The translations under genes were made by a program, and so were the position numbers. A stretch of DNA of 60,451 nt, counting the filler. It is 5 parts of 5 records of this genome, joined end to end, with 100 filler letters (N's around TTAATTAATTAA, not from the genome) between each part and the next. Parts side by side here need not be neighbours in the genome. Positions count along the whole stretch, not along the records: positions 37,277 to 46,364 come from SRR31147125_57539; positions 46,465 to 60,451 come from SRR31147125_57568; 3 more parts are not named here. One strand, 5' to 3'. Below are positions 40,863 through 53,005 of this stretch, one piece after another (position 1 is the stretch's first letter; each line of letters begins with the position of its first letter). Under the pieces are notes generated by a model, which was not told the origin of the DNA, ran no database searches, and was given only the letters and a program-made list of their open reading frames with translations.

Positions 40863-42034
40863 ATGAACCCTGAGACCTTTGTCATCGGCGCCGCCGATGG
40901 ACGCTTGATCGAAATGGCCGGTCGCATGGGCAACCGGCACGGTTTGATCGCCGGCGCTACCGGGACAGGCAAAACGGTCACCCTGCAAGTGCTGGCAGAA
41001 GGCTTTTCACGCATGGGGGTACCCGTCTGGGCCGCCGACATCAAAGGCGATCTGTCGGGGTTGGCCGCCCCTGGACGACCGCATCCGAAAATTGACGAGC
41101 GTTTGAGGGCCATCCCCATGGCCGATTACCGTCAACAGCCGTCGCCGGCCCTCTTTTGGGACATCGACGGAGGCAGCGGCCATCCGGTGCGCGCCACCAT
41201 CTCGGAGATGGGACCGTTGCTGTTAAGCCATCTGCTCGAGCTCAATGACACCCAAACCGGTGTAATCTATGCCGCGTTCGACTGGGCCGACGACCAGGGT
41301 TTGCTCTTGTTGGATTTGAAGGATCTGCGGTCACTGCTCTCCTGGATGTCCGAACACCGCGCCGACCTCAAGAGCGATTACGGCAATATCTCCGCAGCCA
41401 GTGTAGGCGCTATCCAGCGCCGCCTGCTGGTCCTGGAGGAGCAGGGGGCGGACCGTTTTTTCAGCTCACCGACCTGATGCACACCGATTTCGGCGGGCGT
41501 GGCGTTATAAGCCTCTTCGACGCCGGTCGCCTCGTTCATCAGGCCCCGCGTGTCTACAGCGCTTTTCTGCTGTGGTTAATGGCCGAGCTGTTCGAGCAGC
41601 TGCCGGAAGTGGGTGATGCAGCGGTCCCCAAGCTGGTGCTCTTTTTCGATGAGGCCCACCTGCTGATCGCCAATGCCGGAGGCGCTCTGCTGGAGAAGAT
41701 CGAACAGGTGGTACGCCTGATCCGATCCAAAGGTGTCGGCATCTATTTTATCACCCAAAACCCGACGGACCTGCCTGAAGCGGTGCTCGGCCAACTGGGG
41801 CTTAAGGTTCAACACGCCCTCAGAGCCTTCACGCCGAAAGACCAACGCACAATAAAAGCCGTCGCCGACGGCTTTCGTCCCAATCCTGCATTTGATACGG
41901 CCCGGACCATGACCGAACCAAGCACAGGGGAGGCGATGGCCAAAAGCGCGGCCCGGGCCATCGGCAGCCAGATCGGCCGGCAAATTGTTAGGGGTGTACT
42001 GGGGGCGATTTTCGGCCGATCATCGCGACGATGA
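40863..42034 (+). pseudogene. DUF853/YjgR HerA-like ATPase, disrupted
   Basis: NRHGLIAGATGTGKT, FFDEAH, IRSKGVG, QHALRAFTP; frameshifting loss of the usual GEPAL segment near 41462 and apparent in-frame loss of the C-terminal middle near 41915. Confidence 0.65.
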
Positions 42035-42088
42035 GCGAAGCGGGAGGCTCGGAAGCATTCTCCGGCCGAAGAAGTTAAGCTTAAGGTA

Positions 42089-42625
42089 TTAGAAACCGTT
42101 CGCCTGAAGATTGTCATCGCTGCAAAAGGCTTCCGTGAAACGCTTCTCTATCTTGTAGGCCTCCATCTCGCGGACAAAATGCATGGTATCGGCATCCTCC
42201 CATCCAACCGGATGGGTTCCCCTTACCTTGTTTTGAAAATAGTGGGTCATCTCATGGGCCAGGATCGCCTGCCTTCTGCACGGTGAGAGAAAAGTGCCGA
42301 TATAAATAACACCTGAATCAACATCGTAAAGGCCTATGATTTCATCCAGATAGAGTTGAAGTATCTCTTCGGCACGCTCCTTCCCGTACTCGGTTTCCCA
42401 GCGAAGATAGGCGTTTTTGTTGTTGTCGATGAAAACCTGTTTGAGTTCCTCGCTCTCCACATACTGCACCGGAGGCATCTCGAGCTGTTTATCGATCTCC
42501 ATCTGATCGGCGGTCCATGCGAATATCTCTTCAGCCGTCAGGCAGAGTCCCTGCCCCGCCCAAAAGAGGATTATGGCCCCTGCCAACAGGGGAATACGTT
42601 TTAAAAAGGCGCTGTATCGTTTCAC
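42089..42625 (-). CDS. Secreted HExxH zincin-like protein (DUF6647-like)
   Basis: Signal peptide; GLYD....IYI; LAHEMTHY.Q...E.EAY. Confidence 0.65.
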   Translation of the reverse strand: MKRYSAFLKRIPLLAGAIILFWAGQGLCLTAEEIFAWTADQMEIDKQLEMPPVQYVESEELKQVFIDNNKNAYLRWETEYGKERAEEILQLYLDEIIGLYDVDSGVIYIGTFLSPCRRQAILAHEMTHYFQNKVRGTHPVGWEDADTMHFVREMEAYKIEKRFTEAFCSDDNLQANGF

Positions 42626-42718
42626 CGGGTCGTTCTCCTTTCAGTCTCTCTAAGAAAGGTATCGACCCAATGGTGGATTACTTTACAAAGGTGCTAAGAT
42701 TTCTTTGCAACAGCGGGC

Positions 42719-44221
42719 TCATTTGCCTTTGGATGCCGTCTCCCTCAACTGAAGCCAGTCGTGCATCTCCATAATCCCCTTGGAGAGGTTATAACGACCA
42801 TCGTCAAACACGCCGTAATCGCCGCCGCCGGCCATGGCGGAGACGAACCGCGTGGTGTTGGCGTAGAAAAGCCATGCGTCGCACCAGCGCCGCTCGATGG
42901 CCTCATCGAAGGGGCTGCCGCCTTTGGGCAGGCCTTTGGCATACCCTTTTGCCCAGGCGGTTTGCAGCAACCGGGTCGCCGTCTTCACCTGGGCGTTGGT
43001 GGTTGCCAGCGTGTTGTCCAGACGGGCGAAATGACCCTCCACCCATGAGGTGCCGTGGCAGGCCAGACATGTTCGCTGCATGGTTTTGCGACGCGCCTTT
43101 ACCTCATCGGCAGCGATTAAGAATTCAGCGGCCGGGGTGCCGTCCAGATCGGTGGGCAGCGGCAGGCCGGCGCCGTTTCGAATCGTCGTGGTATCCGGTG
43201 ACTTGGGCTGGGTGTGCGCATAAGCTAGGCCGAATAGGCGCCATCCCAATCGATCGCTCATTTTGTGGGTGCGCCGGCTGACGACCTCTCCGTTGTCGTC
43301 GACCACCAGGCTGATGTGACATGCAGCGCAGGTGGGCGCCGTGAAATCCCGGCCCACTGTCCAGGGGACGGCACTGAAATCGTAACGGCTGCTGTGGCTG
43401 GAAAAGAGATTGCCGTGTTTGCTGGTAATATACACTTTGTAGGCCGGCACATCCGGCCCCGAGTGACACTCCCGGCAGGTTTGGGGCTTGCGCGCCGTTT
43501 CAATGGAAAAGAAGTGCCGGGTGTGGCAACTGCTGCAGGCCCCACGGCTGCCGTCCAGATTGATCCTGCCCACGCCCTGGTTGGGCCACCCTTTGATGAT
43601 GGGGAACTCCAGTTCGCCGACGTCGGTCTCGCGCAACTCGGTTCCGGTCACGGCCAACCGGGTTCCGTGGCAGTAATAGCATGCCTCGGCCCTGGTCTTG
43701 CCATCGGGGGTGCCTATGGTCAAATGACCGTTTTTATATTCCGCTTTTCCGAGAATCGTCCGCTCGAGATCGTTGTAAAGCGCATTGTCGGCCAGATTGG
43801 TATGCGCCATGGCCATGATATTGTCGGCATACTGCGTGCGCTCCTCGGAATGGCAGGTGGCGCAGTCATCCGGACTGACGACGATATGGATCTCGTGGCC
43901 GTTATGTTCGAACGTATCGGCGTGAGCGTCGCCGCGCATCGTGTGGCATTCGGCACACCCCACCGCCGCGTTGCGCAGTGCCTCGGGCACTTTGCCGCTC
44001 GACACCTTGCGGGCCAACCCCTCGACCCGGAGGGCCTCCTGCACCGTTGTATTGGCGTGACGGCTCTGCTTCCAATCGGCCACGATGCCGGGGTGGTAGA
44101 CCGAATGGCAATCAATGCACTCCTCGGTGGCCGGGCTGATCGCCAATTCGGCCTTTACGGCCGCGTTGAATGTCATCAAAATAAGGGCACTCAAAACCAC
44201 AATAAAAACCGAACTGCGCAT
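42719..44221 (-). CDS. Octaheme cytochrome c, hydroxylamine oxidoreductase family
   Basis: Signal peptide; 8 CxxCH (CIDCH, CAECH, CATCH, CYYCH, CSSCH, CRECH, CAACH, CLACH); WPN.G.GRIN.DGS.G, SKHG, APTC. Confidence 0.88.
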   Translation of the reverse strand: MRSSVFIVVLSALILMTFNAAVKAELAISPATEECIDCHSVYHPGIVADWKQSRHANTTVQEALRVEGLARKVSSGKVPEALRNAAVGCAECHTMRGDAHADTFEHNGHEIHIVVSPDDCATCHSEERTQYADNIMAMAHTNLADNALYNDLERTILGKAEYKNGHLTIGTPDGKTRAEACYYCHGTRLAVTGTELRETDVGELEFPIIKGWPNQGVGRINLDGSRGACSSCHTRHFFSIETARKPQTCRECHSGPDVPAYKVYITSKHGNLFSSHSSRYDFSAVPWTVGRDFTAPTCAACHISLVVDDNGEVVSRRTHKMSDRLGWRLFGLAYAHTQPKSPDTTTIRNGAGLPLPTDLDGTPAAEFLIAADEVKARRKTMQRTCLACHGTSWVEGHFARLDNTLATTNAQVKTATRLLQTAWAKGYAKGLPKGGSPFDEAIERRWCDAWLFYANTTRFVSAMAGGGDYGVFDDGRYNLSKGIMEMHDWLQLRETASKGK

Positions 44222-44360
44222 GCAAGCCTCCTGCGGTGGGAGTAAAAAGTTCCGTTATGGCATATCCCTAATGCCCCGGGAATTCAACCTTTACCGGCAA
44301 CCCGGCCTCCAGCGGGATAACACGCCACCAATATCATGATCATTGCCGCATGAGCTGTTA

Positions 44361-44891
44361 TCACTCAGCGATCACGCCGCACGCCACCCGGTCGCCCCCG
44401 CCTCCCATCGGATCGGGATGCCCCATGTAGTTGTCGCCGCCGGCATGGATCATCAGCGACCTTCCTTTCAGGTCGGTCAATTTGAGACGCGGCGCCAGCA
44501 CGGGATGGGTTGCCCTTCCCTTCTCATCGACATAGAGCGCGGGAAGGTCGCCCAGGTGCCCCTCGCCATACGGCCCCGCGTGCACCCCGGTGCCGGCCGG
44601 ATCGTAGTGACCGCCCGCGGCCAGACCGGGAACCATCACGCCATCTTTTTCGGCAGGGCCGCAACTGCCCTCGGCATGCAGATGGAAACCGTGGAGTCCG
44701 GGTGCCAGACCGCGAAGGTTTGGCGTAAAAAGCGTGCCATAAGGTGTTTCGGCGACCTTCACGGTACCGATACGCGCCCCGACACCTTCGGCCGAAAGCT
44801 TATACAGCTCGATGGTATTGGGATCCTTGGGATTGCTGCAGGCCCAAAGAGCGGCCGCAAGTATTGCGATAAGCACAATCTGTTTTTTCAT
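44361..44891 (-). CDS. sodC: Cu/Zn superoxide dismutase, lipoprotein
   Basis: Lipobox LWAC; HGFHLH, AGGHYDP, H.GP, HLGDLP, IHAGGD, RVACG. Confidence 0.95.
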   Translation of the reverse strand: MKKQIVLIAILAAALWACSNPKDPNTIELYKLSAEGVGARIGTVKVAETPYGTLFTPNLRGLAPGLHGFHLHAEGSCGPAEKDGVMVPGLAAGGHYDPAGTGVHAGPYGEGHLGDLPALYVDEKGRATHPVLAPRLKLTDLKGRSLMIHAGGDNYMGHPDPMGGGGDRVACGVIAE

Positions 44892-44924
44892 ATCTCGATC
44901 CTCCTGGACGTTATCGGATTAGAT

Positions 44925-46250
44925 CTATTCGTTTTTTGCAGGCCAGCACGCACTTGTATAGCCCTCCAACGCTTTTGAAACGCTAAGCCTGGCAATGGCC
45001 TCCGGATGGGCGTGCAACGATTTGCTCACGACGTCGTCGTATAGATCGGGCAGATGCTCCTTGAGCAGAGAGTGGGGTATCGGACGGCGCAGATTCCGAA
45101 GCAGTCCGGCAACCGCCTCCCGCGCCTCGGGATGGGACCAGTAGTAGCGGATGCGATCCCGCAGGCTGTGGTGACGCAGGGCGTGCAGCTCTTCTTCGCT
45201 GCCCTGAAAATGGGAATGCCAATGGAACGGATGGGTCAACATCAACCGCTCCATCACCTCCGGCAGGCGAGCCGGGCTGGCCACCCCGGGCAGGGCCGTT
45301 TCGATCTCCCCCAAGGCGTACAGCGTCTTGCGAAGGGCAAACGTCAGGCATGGCCCGACCTTGAGCAGTGTGAAGTGATCATCGACCATCTGCTTCAACG
45401 CCTTCGGTTCCTGGTAATCGGTGGCATGCACCTCGTAGGTCATGCCAGCGGGCAGACGGGCATGGGCAGCCGATAGTTTTGCGGCTTGTGCAGGCCTGTA
45501 TTCAGCCACTTTGCGGTCACCGAACTCCACACCGGGTTGCACCACCACCGCCAGGGTCCTCAGCCACGCCTCCTGCAGCCCCTTTCGATAGAATGCCTGC
45601 TGAAATGCGTCCAGGGCGTCTTCCAGTTGCTGCGGATCGGTCAGGGTCACGGCCGTGTTCTCTTGCAGGTCACCGCCGGGCAGGGGCGTCTCGTTGCCGA
45701 TGACATATAGAGGCCGATGCTGGAGGCCGGCCAGCCCTGCTTCATCCTCGGCGGCAGCGCACAACTCGGCGGCGCGCATGGCGGCCAGTTCGAGGGGCAG
45801 CACCGGTCCGGGATCGTTGGCACAGCAGGCACTGGTATCGATGTGGATCTTGACAAAACCGGCCGAGACGCACCGCCGTACCAGCGTTTCGGTGAACGGC
45901 ATCGCTTCTTCCGCCGTCAGCCCATGCCAGAGGTGCGGCCCCAGATGATCCGCACCGACCAGCACCCGTCTGGCCGGCAACCCCTTGTCCCGCGCCAGAC
46001 GATTAAGGAAGTCGACATACACCTCAGGCGTCATCCCGGTATAGCCGCCGAACTGGTTCACCTGATTGGCGGTCGCCTCCACCAGCAGGAACTGGTCGGC
46101 GGCCCTTGCTTTTCCCATGGCCGACACCAGCACCACCGGATGGGCGGAGCAGACCGCGAACATACCGGGAGAGTGCCCCAGCAGATGTCTCTCTTTCAGT
46201 TTGAAAAGCCAGTGATTCTCCATGGCCGTTCCAACGTCCCACTGTTTCAT
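44925..46250 (-). CDS. GatZ/KbaZ family protein (tagatose-6-phosphate epimerase / aldolase accessory subunit)
   Basis: VCSAHP, EATANQVNQFGGYTGMTP, DHLGP, VVQPGVEF, E.H.TDYQ, LKVGP, DRIRYYW. Confidence 0.9.
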   Translation of the reverse strand: MKQWDVGTAMENHWLFKLKERHLLGHSPGMFAVCSAHPVVLVSAMGKARAADQFLLVEATANQVNQFGGYTGMTPEVYVDFLNRLARDKGLPARRVLVGADHLGPHLWHGLTAEEAMPFTETLVRRCVSAGFVKIHIDTSACCANDPGPVLPLELAAMRAAELCAAAEDEAGLAGLQHRPLYVIGNETPLPGGDLQENTAVTLTDPQQLEDALDAFQQAFYRKGLQEAWLRTLAVVVQPGVEFGDRKVAEYRPAQAAKLSAAHARLPAGMTYEVHATDYQEPKALKQMVDDHFTLLKVGPCLTFALRKTLYALGEIETALPGVASPARLPEVMERLMLTHPFHWHSHFQGSEEELHALRHHSLRDRIRYYWSHPEAREAVAGLLRNLRRPIPHSLLKEHLPDLYDDVVSKSLHAHPEAIARLSVSKALEGYTSACWPAKNE

Positions 46251-46364
46251 TCAGGTTGAAAACTAAAAAACCATAGTGATCCAATTTAATTTGTGCAACC
46301 GCAAATATAACTACAGGTGATCAGGAACAAATTCGTACCCGAAAGCGGCAAAAAAGGTAATCTA

Positions 46365-46464
46365 NNNNNNNNNNNNNNNNNNNNNNNNNNNNNNNNNNNN
46401 NNNNNNNNTTAATTAATTAANNNNNNNNNNNNNNNNNNNNNNNNNNNNNNNNNNNNNNNNNNNN
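46365..46464. other. Artificial contig spacer
   Basis: N-run with TTAATTAATTAA linker. Confidence 0.97.
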
Positions 46465-46511
46465 CCGCAATGGATCGGGTTAAATGTCCCGCCGAGCAGT
46501 CCGATACGCAT
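46465..46511 (-). CDS. nadD: Nicotinate-nucleotide adenylyltransferase, 5' end only
   Basis: MRIGLLGGTFNPIHC; canonical position after proA. Confidence 0.8.
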
Positions 46512-46612
46512 AAGCCCCTCGTCTCCTGCAGCTTTCACAGCAGGAGAATCTGAAATCTCAAATTTGAGATCGGGAAAACGGATTTCAAAAGCTATAAATC
46601 CGTTTTCCTGGT

Positions 46613-47872
46613 TTATTCTCTGATCTGCCCCTCGCCGAGAACGACGAACTTGCGCGTGGTCAGATCTTCCAGCCCCATCGGTCCAAAGGAGTGCAGCTTT
46701 GTTGTTGAAATCCCGATTTCCGCACCGAGGCCGAGCTGATTACCATCTGAAAAACGCGACGATGCGTTGACCATCACCACGCTCGAATTAATCTCTTTCA
46801 GAAAGCGCTGAGCAACCTGATAGTTTTCCGTCACGACAACTTCGGTGTGCAGGGAACCGTAGGTGTCTATATGTTCTTTCGCCTGCTCAAAAGAATCGAC
46901 AACGCGGACCGCAAGGATCAGGTCGAGGTACTCAGCGTGCCAGTCCTCCTCTGTTGCTGCTGAAATCGTCTCCGCCAGTTCGCAGGCTCTGGCACATCCT
47001 TTCAGCTCAACACCGGCAGCAGACATAGCGGCGGCTATTTGGGAAATAAATCGGGCAGCGGCATCCTGATGAACAAGCAATGTTTCCATGGCGTTACAGA
47101 CGCCGGGGCGCTGAACTTTGGCATTCAGGCAGATCTTTTCAGCCATGGTCAGATCCGCAGCACTATCAACATAGGTATGACAGACGCCCTTGTAATGCTT
47201 GATTACGGGGATCCGCGAATTCTCCGAGACAAAGCGGATCAGTCCTTCGCCACCACGCGGGATGATCAGATCAATCTGATCTTCCAGCTTGAGCAGCTCT
47301 GTAACCGCGTTCCGATCACTGGTGGTGACAACCTGAAGCGCCGCTTCCGGCAGACCAGCCTTGACAAGTGAAGCCTTCAGCACCTGTCCGATCGCCTGAT
47401 TGGAGAAAAGGGCCTCGGAGCCACCCCGCAGGACTACGGCATTGCCACTTTTCAGGCAAAGGCCGGCGGCGTCAGCCGTGACGTTCGGCCGCGATTCGTA
47501 AATAATCCCGATCACCCCCAGAGGGATACGCTGTCGCCCGACTCGGATACCGTTCGGTCGCAACCACATTCCAGTCACTTCACCAACCGGGTCAGGAAGA
47601 GCGGCGACTTCTCGCAAACCATCGGCCATCCCCTTGATCCGATCCGGCGTTAATGCCAGGCGATCCACCATCGCTGATGCCATGTTATTCTCGCGAGCGC
47701 GCTGCAGATCCTTCTCATTCTCCTGCTGCAGCTGTTCCTGCGACTGCTCCAGCGCCGCTGCCATATCGAGAAGAAGGTCATTCTTGACCTGAGACGAAAG
47801 ATTGGCCATCGACCGGGCTGCCTTCTGTGCGGCCACAGCCAGCTGATGCATCTCCTGAGCAATATCCATCAA
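46613..47872 (-). CDS. proA: Gamma-glutamyl phosphate reductase
   Basis: [38 protein letters not shown]. Confidence 0.97.
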   Translation of the reverse strand: MMDIAQEMHQLAVAAQKAARSMANLSSQVKNDLLLDMAAALEQSQEQLQQENEKDLQRARENNMASAMVDRLALTPDRIKGMADGLREVAALPDPVGEVTGMWLRPNGIRVGRQRIPLGVIGIIYESRPNVTADAAGLCLKSGNAVVLRGGSEALFSNQAIGQVLKASLVKAGLPEAALQVVTTSDRNAVTELLKLEDQIDLIIPRGGEGLIRFVSENSRIPVIKHYKGVCHTYVDSAADLTMAEKICLNAKVQRPGVCNAMETLLVHQDAAARFISQIAAAMSAAGVELKGCARACELAETISAATEEDWHAEYLDLILAVRVVDSFEQAKEHIDTYGSLHTEVVVTENYQVAQRFLKEINSSVVMVNASSRFSDGNQLGLGAEIGISTTKLHSFGPMGLEDLTTRKFVVLGEGQIRE

Positions 47873-49010
47873 TGATCCTCCTCATTTTTCTCAGCCGTCA
47901 GGACCAGGTTGTCACGGTCGACGACTTCATCACGATATTTATACCCCAGAGTCTTTTCGATTTCCGCACTCTGCTTTCCCATGATTTGCAGCGTCTCAGC
48001 CAATGAGTAGCTGATGACTCCGCGGGCAAATTCAGTTCCGTCCCGGTCGCACAGGCGAACGGCATCACCACGGTCAAAGCCACCTTCAACGCCGCAGATT
48101 CCGGAGGGCAACAAGCTTTTACCACGATCGATGACCGCTTTACGTCCACCATCATCAACAAGCAGTTTCCCGCGCGGTTTTTTGAAAAAGCGATCCAGTG
48201 CTTCTTCGCTGTCAACTTCGACTGGGCGGGCAGAAAATAGGTCCCAACGTCTTCACCAGCAAAGATCCGCTGCAAAATTCCAGGGCTGCGCCCATTGACG
48301 ACCAGAGTCCCGACACCGCTCAACGCCGCTTTCTTCGCAGCTTTCAATTTCGTGGCCATTCCTCCGGTTCCCAGAGATCCCACGGATGTCCCACCCATGG
48401 CCTCAATACTCGCAGTCACCCGCTCAACGACCGGAATCAGCTGGGCATCATCGTGCTCGCTGGGATTTTTATCATAGAAACCGTCGACATCGGACAAGAT
48501 AATCAACATATCCGCTTCCACAAGGTTCGTCACCAGGGCCGAAAGATTGTCATTGTCACCAAATCGGATCTCCTCGACAACAACGGTATCGTTCTCATTG
48601 ACGATCGGGGTGACCCCGTAATCGAACAGAGTCATAACCGTATTGCGGGCATTCAGATAGCGCCGCCGGTTCGACAGATCGTCACGGGTCAAAAGAACCT
48701 GAGCGACGTTGTACTTGTGCTCCTGGAAGGTTTCCCGATAGGTGTGGATGATGCGAGTCTGACCGATCGCAGCAGCGGCCTGCTTCTGGGGGATGGTCTG
48801 TGGTCGTCCCACGATTCCGAGTTGACCTTTGCCCGCCGAAACCGCTCCGGAAGAAACAAGAACCACCTCAAGGCCACGGTCAAGCAATGCGCAGACGTCC
48901 GTTGCAATCGCCGCCACCCGATCTGTCTCGAGCCCATCCTCATTCGATATAACGCCGCTGCCGATCTTGATGACAACACGCTTAACATGTGAAAACAATG
49001 CCGTTCTCAT
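47869..49010 (-). CDS. proB: Glutamate 5-kinase (frameshift ~48180 before PUA domain)
   Basis: VIKIGS, VSSGA, NENDTV, GDND.LSA, GTGGM.TK; PUA domain in shifted frame. Confidence 0.93.
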
Positions 49011-49062
49011 AACCCCTCAAACATATCATTCAATAAAGACAGCTCCAACCGGAGCTGATCAT

Positions 49063-50093
<1,031 letters not shown>

Positions 50094-50260
50094 TTAACCG
50101 GCGAGAGATTCCCTCACCCTAGCCCTCCAGGAAAGAAGGGAGGTTTCCATGCAAAACGGGGCTTGTTGGATTGCTGGCGACAGCGAAGCTCCAGGGACGT
50201 GCTTACGCGGCCCTTGTCAGCGGTCGCACAAGGTCAACGCCCGTACAAAATCCCAGGAAC

Positions 50261-50296
50261 AGAAAAACCCGACAGTCTGCTGACTGTCGGGTTTCT
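50261..50296 (-). terminator. Intrinsic terminator after rpmA
   Basis: AAACCCGACAGTC-loop-GACTGTCGGGTTTTTCT on minus strand. Confidence 0.8.
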
Positions 50297-50319
50297 CCGG
50301 TTGTTTCTGTTGGACCAGT

Positions 50320-50574
50320 CTAGCCAGCGTAAACGCTAACGTGCTTACGACCCTTGGCTTTGGTTTCAAACTTGACCACACCGTCGATCAGTGCGAACAG
50401 GGTGTAATCCTTGCCACAACCGACGTTGTTACCAGGATGAAAGGTCGTTCCACGCTGACGGACCAGAATGGATCCGGCGGAAACTTCCTGACCACCAAAA
50501 CGCTTGACGCCCAGTCGTTTACCGACACTGTCACGACCGTTTCTTGAACTACCGGCAGCTTTCTTATGAGCCAT
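50320..50574 (-). CDS. rpmA: 50S ribosomal protein L27
   Basis: [21 protein letters not shown]. Confidence 0.98.
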   Translation of the reverse strand: MAHKKAAGSSRNGRDSVGKRLGVKRFGGQEVSAGSILVRQRGTTFHPGNNVGCGKDYTLFALIDGVVKFETKAKGRKHVSVYAG

Positions 50575-50586
50575 GAGATCGCCTCC

Positions 50587-50895
50587 TTAAGCTTCGATTG
50601 CCGCGACTTTAAGTCGGGTTATTGGTTGACGGTGGCCGTATTTCTTACGGTACCCTTTGCGCCGCTTGGATTTGAAAACAAGGATCTTCTTGTCTTTTTC
50701 CTGGGCAACGATCTGTGCCTTAACTTTGGCACCTGGTACGAGAGGTGTTCCGAGTTTTACCTCTGCGCCACCGACCATGAGGACTTGATCGAGTTCGACG
50801 GTCTCACCGACCGCGCCTTCGATCATTTCGACCTTGAAAAGGTCGCCTTCGGAAACTTTGTACTGTTTTCCTCCGGTCTTGATCACCGCATACAT
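50587..50895 (-). CDS. rplU: 50S ribosomal protein L21
   Basis: MYAVIKTGGKQYKV...GHRQ; AGGAG RBS. Confidence 0.97.
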   Translation of the reverse strand: MYAVIKTGGKQYKVSEGDLFKVEMIEGAVGETVELDQVLMVGGAEVKLGTPLVPGAKVKAQIVAQEKDKKILVFKSKRRKGYRKKYGHRQPITRLKVAAIEA

Positions 50896-50964
50896 TGTTG
50901 ACATTCTCCTATACAAAAAACATTATTCCGTACTGCGGACGCAGATATTGCGCCGCAAACGCGG

Positions 50965-50993
50965 ACTATAGCGGCCCGGCATTTTACTGTCAA
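50965..50993 (-). promoter_or_regulatory. Sigma70 promoter of rplU-rpmA
   Basis: TTGACA-N17-TATAGT. Confidence 0.75.
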
Positions 50994-51017
50994 GCGAAAA
51001 TCCGGCTTCTTGTCTTC

Positions 51018-51368
51018 TTATGACCCTTCAAATTGATCCCAGGCGGTCAACGCTTCACAGCCATAAACCACTGAAGGGCCGCCGCCCATCAGAACCGCAA
51101 CACCGACAGCTTCAACAAGCTCACTCTTAGTCACACCGGCTTTCATCGCATCGTGAACATGAAAGGAGATGCAACCGTCGCAACGGACCGTGATGGCAAT
51201 CGCCAATGCGATAAGTTCCTTGGTTTTAGCCGACAGGGCCCCTGATTCCAGAGCTCCCTTATGCAGTTGCATGAAACCACCCATCGCTTTCGGGTGATCA
51301 GCTCCAAGCTGACCCATCTTCTTCTGCAACGTCTCCAGTTTTTGCGGATAACGACCGCTGTTTCCCAT
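51018..51368 (-). CDS. Carboxymuconolactone decarboxylase / AhpD-like protein
   Basis: KELIALAIAITVRCDGCISFH, LMGGGP; GGAGG RBS. Confidence 0.88.
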   Translation of the reverse strand: MGNSGRYPQKLETLQKKMGQLGADHPKAMGGFMQLHKGALESGALSAKTKELIALAIAITVRCDGCISFHVHDAMKAGVTKSELVEAVGVAVLMGGGPSVVYGCEALTAWDQFEGS

Positions 51369-51514
51369 AACCTGCCTCCTGTTCCGAACACACGGAACCC
51401 TCCTGGCACCAGTCAAAAGCTACATAGGATTCTACCAGTCTTAAAGATTATCTCAGGGGAAGGACAATGCAAGACGGGGCCAGGCGATGGCGACCTGACC
51501 CCGATGGATATTAT

Positions 51515-52855
51515 CTACTCCCAGGGCCTGATGACCCCGGACTCAAGAGCCGCCCGTTCAACCGCAGCCGTCACCGCCTGATGGACTTCAGGGTGAAGCA
51601 GCGACGGAACCAGTTCCGTTTCTTCTGCATACTTGGCAATGGTCTGTGCAGCGGCAATTTTCATCTTATTATTGATTCGGGTCGCGCGGACATTCAGCGC
51701 CCCGCGGAAGATACCGGGAAAACCGAGAGCATTGTTGACGCTTTTCCCGTCGGCGGCAAAGGACGCTCCATAACTCATCGCTTCTTCCGGCTCAATTTCA
51801 GGATTAGGATTTGACAGCGCCAGAATAACGGATCCCTGACGGACCATGTCCGGCTTGATCAGACCGGGGCAGCCGGTTGTTGCGATCACAATGTTACTGT
51901 TCTTCATCACATCATCAAGGCTGCAGGACTGACCACCGGCGGTATTGAGCCTTTCACAGGCCTCTGCATCCAGATCAGTTCCGATCACCTTCTTGACACC
52001 GTAGGACATCAACAGCTTGCTGATCCCCATTCCGGCAGCGCCAAGGCCGATGACTCCGATCACCGATTTACGCAGCATCAGTCCGGAGAAACGAGTCGCA
52101 TTGAGCAAAGCCGCCAGAACAACAACCGCGGTTCCATGCTGATCATCGTGCATAACCGGGATATTCAGCTCTGCGTCCAGGACATCTTCAATTTCAAAGC
52201 ACTCGGGCGCTTTGATATCCTCCAGCTTGATCGCGCCAAAGGTCGGCGCAATATGACGAACAGTATCGATAATCGCTTTCGGGTCGTGATTCTGAATCAG
52301 AATCGGCACGCCGCTGACACCGACGAGGTGATCAAACAGGGCTGCTTTACCTTCCATGACCGGCATTCCGGCCACAGCACCAATATCACCAAGGCCAAGA
52401 ATAGCCGTTCCGTTGGTGACGATGGCAACCTGGTTCGGGATCGCTGTATATTTGAACGCAAGGTCTTTCTTCGCTTCAATGTCTTTGCAAATCGCCGCAA
52501 CTCCGGGGGTATAAATCTTGCGAACATCGGCGATTGTCTTGATATCAACGCGGCTCTTGGTCGCGATTTTCCCGCCCTCATGAATCTGGTGGACGAGATC
52601 GATGACATCTTCAACGATGATGCCACTCAAATTCGAGAGAATATCGACCAGCTCTTCCAGCTGATCGTCAGACGAAACAAAAACAACAATCTCCCGCGTG
52701 TTGTGTGTTCGTCCCACACGGACCAGACGAATATCACCGACACTCGCTTTGTTCTCAGCGATCGCCGCCGTTACCTTGGCCAGATGGCCGGGCTTGTTGT
52801 ACAGCAACACCCGCAGGCATTTGGCAATTTTGCCTGTTCCTCGCTCAATTTCCAT
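51515..52855 (-). CDS. ACT-domain NAD(P)-dependent malic enzyme
   Basis: N-terminal [48 protein letters not shown]. Confidence 0.92.
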   Translation of the reverse strand: MEIERGTGKIAKCLRVLLYNKPGHLAKVTAAIAENKASVGDIRLVRVGRTHNTREIVVFVSSDDQLEELVDILSNLSGIIVEDVIDLVHQIHEGGKIATKSRVDIKTIADVRKIYTPGVAAICKDIEAKKDLAFKYTAIPNQVAIVTNGTAILGLGDIGAVAGMPVMEGKAALFDHLVGVSGVPILIQNHDPKAIIDTVRHIAPTFGAIKLEDIKAPECFEIEDVLDAELNIPVMHDDQHGTAVVVLAALLNATRFSGLMLRKSVIGVIGLGAAGMGISKLLMSYGVKKVIGTDLDAEACERLNTAGGQSCSLDDVMKNSNIVIATTGCPGLIKPDMVRQGSVILALSNPNPEIEPEEAMSYGASFAADGKSVNNALGFPGIFRGALNVRATRINNKMKIAAAQTIAKYAEETELVPSLLHPEVHQAVTAAVERAALESGVIRPWE

Positions 52856-53005
52856 AGCCACTCTCCCAGATTGGATCATAAAAAATCATAATAACAACAT
52901 AAGGTACAAAATAATTTTTAGAATCTACCACTCAAGGCAAGCTCACACAATGGGTAACCCACGAAACAGTCTGTTTCAGCAAACACTTTTCACACACGGA
53001 CACCG

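Noticed and set aside
50105-50145. CCCTCACCCTAGCCCTCC...GGGAGG REP-like element before obgE
   Set aside because: Single degenerate copy in this window; repeat status cannot be shown.
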